From Podarcis erhardii (taxonomy: Eukaryota): DNA of 64,000 nt. Position numbers and translations under genes: made by a program. The DNA lies in assembly GCA_964252035.1 (NCBI GenBank), contig OZ176207.1; one strand, given 5' to 3'. Below, piece after piece: positions 38,501 through 51,763 of the stretch (the first letter of the stretch is position 1; every line of letters starts with the position of its first letter). A model generated the notes under the pieces. The model was not told where the DNA came from and searched no databases. It was given only the letters and a program-made list of their open reading frames with translations.

Positions 38501-40669
38501 GCCTTTGGCCATGGTAATTAGCCATTTGTTTGCTTCAACATGGCAAGATCTCAGCTCCCTACACCTCCTGGTTGAATCCATCTTCTAAAAACTGTTGTCA
38601 AAAAAACAGTTACTCCACTAAAAATAAACCCTCAATGCCCCAAATGCCATTACATTAGGAGGCTGAACTTTGTGTTAAAGTAATTATGAATTATGCAGAT
38701 GGTGGTCAAATACGCTTCTGTGGAGGCATGCTACATCTTAGTAGGATTTTCCATTATCTTGGTATCACAGATAGCTCTTTACTCCCCAAATCCACTCTGA
38801 ATATCGCTTCACAAGTAAAATATGAGAATGCTTGAAATTTATGCCAGCCCTGTAGGGCAACCACTGAAATTCCACAAGCATCTCCAAATAGGTTTGCATT
38901 GCCAAGAAATGCCATCAGAGTCAAAACAAGGTGATAAGGAAATCTTACTCCAGAATATAACAAATGAGGCCTTTACAATAAATGAAGTCAAGCTGTACTT
39001 GAATACCTCCGGATAGATCTAATCAGACCTCCTTTGCACTAAGGAGTGACTATTCATCACTTTGAGACAGTGTCAGCCCCAATGAGCTGAGAATCTAGCA
39101 ACCCATTCAACTTCTTTAGTCTACTGTTGCAAGTTCCTATCCATTTTAAATTTTCAACTCATGCTATGAGATGAGGGGGAAAACTTCCTCAGCTTCCTAC
39201 TGTTCCCAATTTATAAGGTTGGCCTAGCAAACCTAGTATATCCAACCCGTCTTTAATATTTAAGAAGTCAAAATTCACACGCAGATTAGGAACAGAAGAC
39301 AGATAATTTAAAGGCTCACTCCAAAATCAGTATTATTAATGTAGGGCCAAACTAGATGCCCATACATTTATAAGGGAGAAAGCTCCATACAATATATACT
39401 GAAATCCAGAATTCAGGTGATTCAAAATGCAAGTCAGGCTGTTGGATCATGTTTTAATCCTATTTGCTATCCTTGAAGTTAACTTGTCCATGTTGTATCT
39501 GACATACTTGCAACTCTGACAGCCATATAAATAGTGGAACTAAGGGGCAGAGATGGGGCAGGCCGCATCACTGCTCCCTGATCCTAACTCCTCATTGGCC
39601 TTGAATGCTTTTGCCTGGTTTAAATGTGCCCTTGAACTCTGTCATGAATTTTTGTGTAGAAAGAAACCTACTGTACCAACATAAAATGAACATTTGTTGC
39701 TCTGCCTGCTTTTGCTTCTGGCCCAATCCACCACTGGCATGTGGCCCCCAAAAGGTTGCCTAGAAAGGAATGTGGTTCCCAGGCTGGAAAAAAATTCCCC
39801 ACCCCCGGTGCAAAGCATAGGCTACTTCCATTCCCACTTTATAGATGAACAGAACAAACAGGTGTTTTAACACAGTTTCTCCATGTCTAGTTTGGCTCTC
39901 ACCTAAATAGATGGCTGCATAACTCACTCCCTTGCCTCAATGTTGTTATACCAATACACACACATGCAGAAACTGGACACTCAACATACCTGCTTCTCAC
40001 TTTTGCAGCCATAGTTGTGCAAGAATGCAATTGTCTGTGATTGATCAACTTGCACAGCCTAGGAGACTGTCAATTTCTGTTATAAGCTCGAATAGTTTTA
40101 GCCCAAATTTAGTTTTAACTTTCAAGTTTGTTTTTCAGTATCTACCAGGAGAACAGTGGATTTGCAAACAAGATTAAAAAGAGTTGCTTACCAGGGTTTG
40201 ACTTGGGGATGAGCAGCTTTCCAGCACTCTACAAGTACAAGGGCACCACTGTTTTCATCCAAATGTAAAATAATTCTGGGATTCATAGCCATGCCAGCCT
40301 AAACTTTGCTCTGAAGAAAGTCTTTGTTTTCAAATAACATCAGTGTTTGGCAGCAGATGAGTGCATGAAGAATCCTATTCATCTGCTATGTAACGTACTA
40401 ACAACCCTTCTTTTAAAAATGGAGGCACAATTCCTCCCTTCCCCTTTATACACACTCCGGTTCCAGTGCAATGCAGAATATTATTACGGATTAAAAATGC
40501 TTTCCTGACAACTCAGTAAATTACAGAAAAATGTCTATGTCCTATTGCTCTTTTCTCTCTACAGCTATGTTAGTGCTTTGTAAATCCCCTCGGTAAAATC
40601 CATATGTAGAGTAGATCCACTGAAATCAATTGACCTAAGTATCTGAAACCCACTGATTTCAATTAGTCT

Positions 40670-40818
40670 AATAATAATAAATAATATTTTTTATAATTTG
40701 TACCCTACCCATCTGACTGGGTTGCCCCAGCCACTATGGGACACTTCCAACAAATATAAAAGCATAAAACATCAAACATTAACAACTCCCCTATACAGGG
40801 CTGCCTTCAGATGTCTAT
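40670..40818 (-). mobile_element. L2-clade 3' end fragment
   Basis: AAT tail plus cccatctgactgggttgccccagccact...gctgccttcagatgtct, similar to the 29.9 kb copy. Confidence 0.7.
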
Positions 40819-41475
40819 TTTAAGTATGACTAATGTTGGATATCACCCATTGTAAGCTACTTAAGTATTTACTTACACTCCTGTCTAGAGCCCACTTACC
40901 TGAAAGCCATCTCCTGTCTTCACTAACTAAAATTACAATGAAGGAGGTTGTGGACAGAGGCAGTAAGACATCAACTGCCTCTTCCACAAGAAATTTGTCG
41001 GGGTTCAAACAGAAAAAAGAAGAAGTAGAGGAGCAACAATTTTTACATAATTAAAAATAGCACTGTAGATTAATCAGATTCAGTTTTCAGCTGGCAGCAG
41101 CAAATACGTCCTCTGGGCAAATGATTTACTGTGTATATCTTAATGTTCCACATTCCTTCCCCCTGGAAAATTGGATAACATTTAGATACTTAGATATAAT
41201 CCACAATAGCTTATAGGTTGCTTTTAAAAACCAAATGCGCCGGCGTAGTAGCAAGCTTCCAGCAGCAGGAAGCTTTTATAGTCATTGCAACCTGTGTCAC
41301 TGCATACCTAGTTGACAAGCTGCCTGTTTATTTCAATAAAACTTCAGAACCATCAGGGTACATCTCACCTCAGTGAGGAAAACATGCTTCTTTTGCCAGG
41401 CTTTGGGAAGTGAAGAGGTGTAGTATTTCTGAGGGCAGCTTTTTATCATACCCTCTGCTGTTTTATGTTATTTCA

Positions 41476-41663
41476 GGGCTCATCCACACTTGCACTTGTT
41501 CTAGGCATGGGTCTGAGAGGTCTTTGTTTTGTCCTGAGGGTTGACCTTTGTTCTGATTCAGTGGTAAACAGCAGGTTTTCCTAGAGAAAGCAGTAGGAGA
41601 AAAGAAAAACCTCTCAGACCCATGCCTAGAAATCATAGAACAAGCAGAAGTGTGGATGAGTCC
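41476..41663. mobile_element. PIF/Harbinger-like palindromic MITE
   Basis: TIR gggctcatccacact / agtgtggatgagtcc with tca/tta flanks (TWA-like TSD) and long inverted arms. Confidence 0.65.
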
Positions 41664-43185
41664 TTAGTTTACGCTGTTTCTATTTTGTGCTGAAGTTTTA
41701 ATCATTTTTAAGACTCTGCATTGATGTGTTTTGATATGTTGTGCACCACCTGGTGTAGTATAGTGAAGGGCAGTATAGCGACACCTACATAAATACTCAC
41801 TCTCCTTTACACACACAAACTCACCACAATTCATTTGCAACCCAACCCAAAGAGCAACAGGATTTGAAGTTGGCATGCATGCACTGACACATTTTTAACT
41901 GCTTCCTCGATCCTTTTAGTTGCCACATCTTTGCTATGTAGGCACCAAGGAAAGGGTGTGATACATCTTAAGTTTCTGGAGGGAGCTTAAACACACACAA
42001 GACGTTGAAAAGGACTTCCTACCCACTTTGGCATGCATCCTTCTACTGTCAGCCCATTTCTCTACTCCAGCAGGCCCTGCTCATTTGGCGATTCAGATGC
42101 AGCTCCCAACCAGAAATCCAAACTTTTATCCAACCTTTCCCATAATTTCTACATGCTAGACTCATTATCCTCTTCACTGCTTTTTGTCTGCAGAGTCCAT
42201 ATGGGCCCTGGAGGAGCCATTGCAGGTGGGGCTGCATTAACCATTGCCCCAGAGTTTCAGCCAAAAAAGCAAGGGCCTGTATTGTATTTACTGCTGGACG
42301 AGAGAACAGTGTCCAGGGGTAACACAGGATGCCATTCCATTGACATGTGAGGCAGGAAGTGAGAAGAGCTGTGCCCATAAGGCTCCTCCTATTCCCCAAG
42401 CAGCCACTACAGACCCCTGGTGTTTAAAAATGCTAAGGTGTGTAATCAAAATCATAGGTCTTGAAAAGAATGCCTTAAAACCCCAAGTGTTAAACTGACA
42501 TATTTAAGGGCGTGGAGGAAGCAGGCTTCCAGGTTTGAGGCAGCTGCACAGCCCACTCAGTCAATTGTAAGGGCTGGAATTATATTTTCCCTTCATGAAC
42601 AGTTGCTTCCTGTGCAGCCGCAATAAAAGTCCAAGACTAAAGCAACCCTAATTCGGAACCAGGTCTGCTTAAAGCCACAGCAGATTTCATTCAAAAGATG
42701 AATTGCTAGAACAATAAGAAAACCTTGCCTCTCAGAGCAGTTTCATACAATGGCCCACCTGCTTTGCTTATTGCACAGTAAACAGTAAGGGAGAGCAAGC
42801 AGCTAACATGCCAAAACTTGAAGACAGTGAAGAGGACACAGAGATTTTACCTCAAACACCAAATATTTTCATTGTCTTCCTCTACAAATCAGTTCAGTTC
42901 AGTGTTATAGTAAAATCACAAAGCTGAAGGATTAGACAGGGTTCATGAACAGCACCCACTGCTCCCAGCCCAGTACAGGGACCCAGTTCACATGCAACCT
43001 GCAAAACCATGAGTTTGTGTGAATGACCATGATTTGGTTTACTGTTACATCCAAAACCTTGTTCATGGTTTGTGTCACTCTACACACTCCAGGGCCTTTA
43101 CTCCTTGTGGTTCATCTCAGGGAGACAAGCCACAACTCTAGGTTTGGATGTAATGCTAAGTCAAACCATCGCTTTGCCCTGGGTG

Positions 43186-43213
43186 CATACATACATACAT
43201 ACATACATACATA
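43186..43213 (+). repeat. (ATAC)n microsatellite, probable tail of a minus-strand L2 3' end
   Basis: Followed by tatttgtatgccgcctttcc, typical of such tails. Confidence 0.8.
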
Positions 43214-44184
43214 GTTCTATTTGTATGCCGCCTTTCCACAGCAAACCATGTTGAAGGGGGCTTACAACATGCAAAATGCAACATAACAAAAGTAGTCATA
43301 AACAATAAATATAACATTTTTAAAATACACAGCCAAACTAAACAATTTACACATAAATCACAACTAAATCTAAACTATAGATACTAGAAAGAAACAACAG
43401 CAACAACCTGCCACCACCAAAAAACCCCAACAACACCGAGGCATAGCAGCAGTAGCACCGGGCTCTGTGAGTCCACCAAATATTTGCTCATTTGTGCAGA
43501 GCCTCCGTTTGACTTAGCTTACATGTTAACTGAGCATTATGTTCTCAGCTTAACACCTGATTTTGTGATGTGTGAAGACTAAAGTCTTCACCGAAATACC
43601 GCAGGAGACCCTGCTAGATAGAAATAGCCATCTGAAATCACTGAACTGAAAAACAGGATCCTCTGCCTAGAATTACTAGGTACAATTAACATGAACCAAG
43701 TAGCCTGTATTCTTCTGTAACACCACTTTCATTGGAGCACAGCAGGTCTTTACCCCTCACTGACCACTTGGAGACTGAACTTTTATGCACCACTTGTTTC
43801 ATCTCAGTATCATATACCAAATATTTTAAATGAATTTAAAGAAATATAAAAAAAAAAGTAAGGGCTTTATTATTTATTTTTTAAAATGTCTTTTTAAAAT
43901 TTCTTTAATCTATCATAGTAGATTGTGATGATTAGCTCAGTTTTCTTTTAAATTTTGTGCACAAGAACCATTTCATGTAACCCAAGGCAAACCCTTGGCA
44001 GCGCCATACAGTAATGTTGCCATACGCCATTTCTCCTCAGGCAACAAGTCTCACTCATGTTATATATACAGTTATTGAAAGAAAATCTGCACGGTTTCAG
44101 GGCTAGCCTGATCATACAATTAAATATAGCAGTTACAAAGCCAAAGGGGGGGCGGGCTGCCATGGAAACCACATCCCTTACAAC

Positions 44185-44496
44185 ATTTATTTATTAGCAT
44201 TTACATCCCACCTTTTCCTTCACAGAGCTCAAGGTTCTCCTTCTCATTTACTCCCCACAACATCCCTGTCAGGTAGGTTAGGCTGAGAGGCAGTGACAGG
44301 CCCAAAGTCACTCAGGGAGCTTCATGGCTGAGTGGAGCTTTGAACCCTGGTCTCTGAAGTGCTAGTTCAATACTCTTAACCAGGACACATTCTACTCATG
44401 TAAAAACATGTCCACGGGCCGGACTGAGAAGGCGATTGGGCTGCATCTGGCCCCCAGGCCTTAGGTTGCCTACCCGTGCTCTTAACCACCACACCA
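44185..44496 (-). mobile_element. Squam3/MIR-like SINE with a nested 98-bp hAT-type insert (44381-44478)
   Basis: The head GGAGCCAGTGTGGTGTGGTGGTTAAGAG is split by an insert flanked by 8-bp ctcttaac repeats (44373-44380, 44479-44486). Confidence 0.7.
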
Positions 44497-46259
44497 CACT
44501 GGCTCCTGAATTGCAGAAGATGCCATTTCCATCATGTGTATTCACATGCAGCCTTTTTATCTTACAGTCCTCTACTTGATTTAAAGGAGCCTGGGGCATG
44601 CCGCTTAAATTGTGCGGTTCAGGCACATGTGGAAGGAAAACTCTTTGGCTGGGTATCCGGGTGCCAGCTAAAGCAGAAGTGTCGCCCTGACTGCATGCAA
44701 CAGAGCAAGTTGACAATTTCCCCTGGCACTGCAGGAATTTTTATTTACCTCTTTTTCAAGTTCTGACACCTCTGTGTTTTCAGCTCTGTTTCTGTTCCCA
44801 GAAATGTAAAAAAAAATAAAAATTAAAAAACAGAAAAATTTTATATTCCTGATCAGACATATTTACAACAAGTTGAGGAAGATGGTGGGAAACCAGAGCT
44901 CTCAGACTTCCCTCCGGTCAGAATCTATCCCAACACCTCCACCTACTGTATAGTCTTCTTAGTAAAAAAAAAAAAATGTAACACTTCCCAGTAAATCACT
45001 CTTTCCTTCGGAGGATGTTACAAAGAGGTAAATGCTGTGTTTACTCCTAGAGAGCAGAAAGATTACCTCATTCTCCAAGAACTGGCTAGAGATAATTTAC
45101 CATAGGTAAACAATAATCTAACGGGGATAAGTTTGCTCTCCTTGCACAGCTCAGTCTTAGACAGAGTTATATCCATACCTTAAGCCATTTGTGCCTAGGT
45201 GCCCCTATGCAAAGGCTGGACTGCCTGAGTATTGGGGGCAGTGGAAGGGGTGTGAGAAAGGTAGAGGGAGAGAGAGATGACATATACTAGACAAATAAAT
45301 TCGGAAGTAGTCTTCAAGAGACAACTCCTTGCATGAGACAAACAGCAATGTGGAAATAGTGTGGGAGTGAAGGGAAACATGGCAGCAACATATCAAAGTT
45401 CAAGGCCATTGCATCACCTCTGAAATACCCAAACAGGTTGAATGGCTATTTCAGCATGGATACTGTACTAGTGGATTTTTTGCAATCACATGAGGTTGGA
45501 CTAGACAACCTCTGAGATGCCTTCTGACTCCAGAATTTTATTTTTTTTAATGTTACACTGACTGAGAGGGCTTGGAGCACATAATCCTGAACACTTACAT
45601 CAGCCGTGGGGAAATATTGGCAAACTCCCAGTTCCCATCATTCCCAGCCAGCATGTCCGAAAGGTTGATGGGAGCTGTGGTCCACCAATATCTGGCAGCT
45701 CACAGGTTTCCCACCGCTGACTTATATGCTGACTCAATAAGCCAGTTACCAACTGGAACTCTTCATGTGCCTCAAGACTGTATGTGTAATTCAGCTTGCT
45801 CTGAACAAGGGTGGTCCTGTTGCAAAGAAACAGGAGAAAGCCTAAGCTAAGAGAAGTATTAGCAATTCCTGCCATAAATCCTCTTCACAGTAGTTAAGGA
45901 GTATTACCCCCCCCAAAAAAATAATAGATCTTGTACACATATATGCCTAGTTATTCCCCCACACCCAGAACCAAGCCATAGATTGTGCAGGTAATGCCTC
46001 TAATTTGCCCATTAATTATCCCGGGCAAGTAGCAGATTTTATCTATCAAGCCTACTCTTCCCCAATTAAATTAAGCAGCTTCGATTGCATTACCTGAGAA
46101 ATAAAAGCTAAATTCCTACAACAAACACAGTTTAGCTAATCATATCATGCTTAAGAGGAAAAATGACCCTCATGGCTGTTGCAAGTCTGTAGCATGAAAA
46201 TTTAAATGTCATAACCAGTGACTGCTGACTACACCTATCTTCTGTTGTCCTATTAAATA

Positions 46260-46261
<2 letters not shown>

Positions 46262-46316
<55 letters not shown>
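46262..46316 (+). repeat. (TTA)n microsatellite, about 18 units
   Basis: Read directly. Confidence 0.95.
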
Positions 46317-46319
<3 letters not shown>

Positions 46320-46989
46320 AAACAAACCCTGCCTTTTGTAGTGCAACATGCTTTTTTCCAGCCCTGTGATGATAATGAGATCACTTTTTGCACTTGAGTT
46401 AATGCTAATTCGATAAGCATTTTCCTATAAACAGACCCCTCCTGTACACCCAAGCTTTTTAACTTTATGGAATCTTCCAGGATTCTTATTCTTCAATACA
46501 CTCTGACCCCGTGAGATCACTGTGGGAACCAGACCTTTTCACGTTGGCTAGACCCCTTGCCTTTCTTCCCTGTTCCCTTGCCTCTTAGCCATGTTTGCTA
46601 TTTTCCCATGTTGTAGGACTTGTGAGAAAGTAAGTGCCAGTCTCATTCTAAAAGGAAGTTCCCTGCTGTGTTGATGGAGGGTTTCTAGAAACCCAGGGTG
46701 GAATCAGATCCATCCACAATAAGCCTGAGCCTAATCAGGGATAGGAAAACTTGAAACACAGATCAAAGAAAGAAAGAAATCGGGGTAGTAGCAGTAGTAT
46801 ACTGCCCTTCATCCACAAGTATCAGGGCAGTTCACAACATACAGGTACAGGGAGCTGTCCACTGCACCAACGGGCAACTAAGCACCTCTTAAAATCCCCA
46901 CACCCAGTCACATTTGTACCCCAACAAGTCACAGTGAAAATTCAGTCAACTGTATTGAGCTTATGTTCAAGGCAAAGTGGGTTGGGATT

Positions 46990-47042
46990 GCCTTAGCCTT
47001 GCCTTAGCCTTGCCTTGCCTTGCCTTGCCTTGCCTTGCCTTG
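46990..47042 (+). repeat. (GCCTT)n pentanucleotide repeat with two A interruptions
   Basis: Read directly. Confidence 0.9.
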
Positions 47043-47591
47043 AACTAACCACCTTTTCTGTTCCATAGCACAGCGGAGCCATTTTTACTTACCGGTACTT
47101 TCAGCCATTTTCTGCAGATGAATATATTAACAACAACAAATTGGGGTAATTCTCCCAAGCCACGACATGCCCCAGATATGCAAAATGACATTGGTATTCA
47201 GTAGTCATGTCCACTGCAATGGCATCTTTCATGTCCACTAAACAACCCCAAAGGAATATTTCTGTGAACACGTGTAAGAAGATGCAGGTTTACAGACATG
47301 TGTATGGACACATCAGCAGATCTGGCAATATAAGCTTTAAGACCCAATCTTTTCATTTCTTTCTCATAAAGAAATATGGCTGCTGACAGAATCTCTCTTC
47401 CATTTGCCTTTTATAGGACTATTTTACTTAGTCCCTTTCGAGCTGAAATAAGTTTTTTCAGATCTAGTTGTGTTAGTTAAAAGGGGAGGGGAAGTGACAA
47501 ATGTTCAGAGTGTTAGCAATCAAACAGCTCTTTTATATTCAGCTCTGTAGAAGCTCTTAAGTGGGTAAATGTTTTTGATCTGCAAGCAGAA

Positions 47592-47780
47592 TAGGAACAT
47601 AGGAAGCTCCATCTAGAAGGCCCATCTAGCTTAGTATTGTCTACACAGATTGGCAGTGGCTCTCCAGGATTTCAGACTATGGTGGTCTCATCCAGCCCTA
47701 CTTGGAGATGTCAGGGAATGAACAAGAGACCTTCTAAATGAAGCACACATGCTCTACCACTGAGCAATAACTCTTCCCCA
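47592..47780 (-). mobile_element. Degraded Squam2-like tRNA SINE
   Basis: Reverse complement starts ggggaagagttattgctcagtggtagagcatgtgtg and ends in a CR1-like tail. Confidence 0.6.
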
Positions 47781-49299
47781 AATTTGGAGAGATTGGGATT
47801 ATTCATATTTATTAAACTGATCTGTGTCAATCTGGTATTTTATTATTTTGAGTTTATTGTCTTTAGTACCGCTAGTCATCCCAGAAAGGGCAGTATTAAA
47901 CAAACATCCTAGTAAATATTAAATGACATTTTTGCTGCTCCTCTTATGCCCTTTCATGATATGCACAGAAAGATGCTGGAAGATTGCACTCTGAACCATT
48001 AAAATTTACAACAATTCAAATGTAGCTCAACAAACAATTACGTATGTACAGTATTTTGCAATAAATACAGCAAGAGGCTCAGGTTTATGTCAAACAGGCC
48101 CCAATAATGATAAGTAGGAAATATTTGATTTAAATCCCTCTAGAAAAGACCAGACACACAATAACACACATACGTAACTAAGAGTCAAAGCAGAGGTGAT
48201 TAGGCTGTGATCAGGGTGGAGAGTCCTATACATTCTGCATTACAATTTCTTTAAATAATTTTGAAAGAAACTTGTTTCTTAATCACTGTGGGCATACTTT
48301 GTTTTACACATCACCACCACCACTTATTTTTCAGAAAATCCAGTTGCTACGTAGAACTTTTAATAAGGGACAACAAGAAATATAAGAAGCTTCTGCATGG
48401 TTGACTACACAATGGATTTGAGAGAGAGACACCAAGGCTTTGTAAAACCTCTCAGTCCCTCAACAGACGCAAGCTGAGAAGAGCCCACTAACTGAACCAA
48501 ACAGCCAGGAAATTTGAGATTAAAGTTCAGCAGTGTAATCTTATATTTACACTCAAATGGAAAGTAGGCTTCCTCTAGGATTATCTCCTCTTTCTTCATC
48601 CTGTTCATCAATTTCATAAAACAGACAAGAAAAAAAAAAGAGCCTGCACAGAAAGTCTGCCCTAAAGACGTTACTTGAGCAATCATTTACCTCTCTGGCA
48701 ACTAACTGAGAGCAGAAGTATGAAAAAGTGTTTACAACACGCTTTTCAGACACTTTCCTATATTGTTCATGCCTTGTGACCAAGTTCTTCCGCATAAATT
48801 CCCACATTACATTACAAAACAGACGATGATATGAATAACAGCAGCAACAACAAAGTAATAGAAAATTAAGAGCAAAAAAAAGAGGACAGTAACGGTGCTG
48901 ATGATAATACACAAAATAATACAAGATCACCAGTTAAGAGAAAAAGAGGAAAATCACCCAGTCTATGAGTGCTTGTGGGACATTTGAAAGTAAAGCAGTC
49001 TATTCAGAGTCATTCTGCGGGTAGAATAAAGGAACTCAGCATTCACCCTCTTCTGGAGTACTACTACTACTACTACTAATAATAATAATAATTTAATATC
49101 GAACATTTAAAACTTCCTGATACAGAGTAGAAACCACATGCCACAGGCCTCAACCCTGACAATCCCCAGGGCTCAAATTAAGCCCTGTGATCTTACCTTA
49201 GTTGAGTTGGATTGTTTAGGCAAGAGAAAAAGACGTTCGCTGAGCACCTCAGTACAGCACAGAAGCAAACAAGGTTTCGGATCTAAGCAGCCTCCAGTT

Positions 49300-50150
49300 C
49301 CGGTGGCTTTGACACCAACTGCACCACGATCCTGGGCAAGTCCACACAGAAGGAAACCCAGCTGAGTTCAAGGAGACTCCCTGCCACAAAAGCGCGCGCA
49401 GGACTGCAGCGCCAAACCTCCGGGTCCCCTTGATTCTCCAACCAGCAACGAGCGCCTGCTAACTCAATGGCCCCGTTTGCAACATGCAAAGCTCTGCGTT
49501 TAACGGCTCCCTCCCTCCAGGTCGTACCTCCTCCTGCCCAGCCCAACATCGCGCTTCCCAGCCGAGAGATATAACCAACCCTCCCTCCGTCTCCTCTCCT
49601 CGCGTCCTTTCGGAACGCTCCCTGCCCTGGCTCGTTTCCTCACTGACGTGTCAGGATCATGGAGCAGCAGGCGGAGAGAGACCCGCACCCAGACTTCCAA
49701 GCGGGAAGGAAGGCTCCCCAGTGGGGAGCCCCACCCAAGCCCAGCTCCCGGACTCCCCGCACTCGCCCCACGGAGCTTTCGTCCTCCACCACCACCTCCT
49801 CCCTGCCAGCGCCTTTCCGCTCCGCTCCTGGCGGTGCGCCGCGCAAGGAAGGGCCCGGCAAGCCCTGTCCCGAAACGCCGACCTACCTTAAGCTTGCAGC
49901 GGGTCCGAGGACGGCGGCTGCAACTTCTGCTGCTGCTGCTGCGGCTGCAACAACAGCAAGCGGAGGCGCCATGCAGCTTCTCCCGCTGCGAGACGCTCAG
50001 AATGGATGCAAGAGCCTGGCGGGGTCATCCGAGGACGGGTTTCAGCGTTTGAGGTGCATGTGACGCGGAACTGGCGGGACGCCTCGCCGCCTGGTGGGCG
50101 GTTGTGACCCCTGCAGGCCCCTGCTCGACGCAGGCAGAAATTCAACAGGT
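49300..50150. promoter_or_regulatory. SGK3: CpG island, probable SGK3 promoter
   Basis: High GC and CpG in AT-rich surroundings; GC box gggcgg (50096-50101), TGACGC and GGCGGGA motifs near 50060-50080. Confidence 0.8.
49887..50070 (-). other. SGK3: Probable SGK3 non-coding exon 1 (start approximate)
   Basis: Strong donor AAG|GTAGGT at 49887/49886 inside the CpG island; contains a (GCA)n run. The TSS cannot be read from sequence. Confidence 0.65.
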
Positions 50151-50319
50151 ATAGCACCTGTTTGCACCTTATCACAGCCTCCCCGTGCCAGGAAAATGCT
50201 GACTGTTAAAAGGAAGCATTCTCTTGAGGCCGTTCTTTTATCTATACTGTACTGTATTTGTACTGTATTTAAAAATTACCAGCAAATAGTTACAAAGATG
50301 GGGCCCGTTTTTTCAAATA

Positions 50320-50561
50320 CAGTGGTACCTCAGGTTACATACGCTTCAGGTTACATACGCTTCAGGTTACAGACTCCGCAAACCCAGAAATAGTGCTTCA
50401 GGTTAAGAACTTTGCTTCAGGATGAGAACAGAAATCGTGCTCTGGCGGCGCGGCGGCAGCAGGAGGCCCCATTAGCTGAAGTGGTGCTTCAGGTTAAGAA
50501 CAGTTTCAGGTTAAGTACAGACATCCAGAACGAATCAAGTTCTTAACCTGAGGTACCATTG
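50320..50561 (+). mobile_element. Tc1/mariner-type MITE (family C), third copy
   Basis: ta|cagtggtacctcagg ... gaggtaccattg|ta. Confidence 0.88.
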
Positions 50562-50983
50562 TAAAAGCACAGAAAATGCTGCTCACCTTTCAATTATTAA
50601 TTTTTTTGGCAGCTTATGCCATTCTTGCTTAGACAAGCCTCCCCAGGTGCTTAGAAAGTGGAGGTAATTTTAATTTATTTTAACTTTTGGATGATTTAAA
50701 ATGAATGTTTCTTAATTTTATTTTTTCCTCTTTTTGTAAGAAGGATTATTTTTTTTACAAGCAAACTGTATAAATTTTATGGAATAAATAACTATAAAGC
50801 TATTGGCAGTCGAAAGAGGGCAAGGAACACTCAAGTTAACGATAAAATTAAAAGTAGCAGATAAAAGCAGTGTCATATATTTCTGTTCATGGTTAACATG
50901 TTTTGTTTTGTTTAAAAAAAAAAGACTTGAGGGTAAAAAGGCTCACTGCCTGGCACTTAAAAGATTACAGTGTGGAAACCAGG

Positions 50984-51157
50984 AAGGGGCGTAGCTCAGT
51001 GGTAGAGCATCAGTGTTGTAATGAAAAGGTTGCAGGTTCAACACCTGGAATTTCCAGGTAGGGATCGGGGATGTCCCCCATCTGAAACCCTGGGCAGCTG
51101 CTGCCAGTTAGCATGCTGTCTACAATACCATAGTCTGAGTCACGACAGCTTCCTACA
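50984..51157 (+). mobile_element. Squam2-like tRNA SINE
   Basis: A box tagctcagtgg and B box ggttcaacacc followed by a non-tRNA body. Confidence 0.65.
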
Positions 51158-51473
51158 GACAGGATGCTGCCATCGAAAAGCTCCTCTTCCCAATCACCAT
51201 CCACCATGTTTCAGTCAGTCAGCAACCCTCTTTTCCACTCAGCTGCCACGCCCTTTGAACCCATGGAAACAAGTGGACATAAACGGGAGTGATAAAGCAC
51301 CTTCCTTGTTCTGTGAAGGTGCAAGGCATGTGTATTATGTTTCCTTTCATCCACAGAATGTTTGGTAATGCCGCTTGCTTTTCACAACAGCTTGAGTTAC
51401 CAGCACCTTAGTTAGTTGACTTTACCTCAAGACTTATCTTTTAAGGCCTTGTGGGGGCAGAGAATGGACTTTA

Positions 51474-51604
51474 AATCATAGAATAGTAGATTTGGATGGG
51501 ACCTCGAGGATCATCTAGTCTAACCCCCTGCAATTCAGGAATCTCAACTAAAGCATACATGACTGATGGCCATCCAACCTCTGCTTAAAAGCCTCCAATG
51601 AAGG
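51474..51604 (-). mobile_element. CR1 3' end fragment
   Basis: atcatagaat...gaggatcatctagtctaaccccctgcaat, matching the other CR1 ends. Confidence 0.7.
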
Positions 51605-51763
51605 ACTTGCTTGCTGAGATAGGCCAAAATTGAAATGCTCCGGTTTGCTGCTGAGATATATATGAGTTTTTTTGTCAGTTTTGCTGAATGAATTGGTTTA
51701 GTTACTGGTTTATGATATTTAGTGTTTTAATATGAATGCTGCAAACCTGTGAATACTGACAGC

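Noticed and set aside
49484-50063. Several 134-135 aa ORFs on + in the SGK3 CpG island
   Set aside because: Low-complexity ORFs are expected in GC-rich DNA that is poor in stop codons.
50986-51056. tRNA-like sequence with A and B boxes
   Set aside because: Acceptor and anticodon stems are degenerate and it runs into a SINE body, so it is a SINE head, not a tRNA gene.
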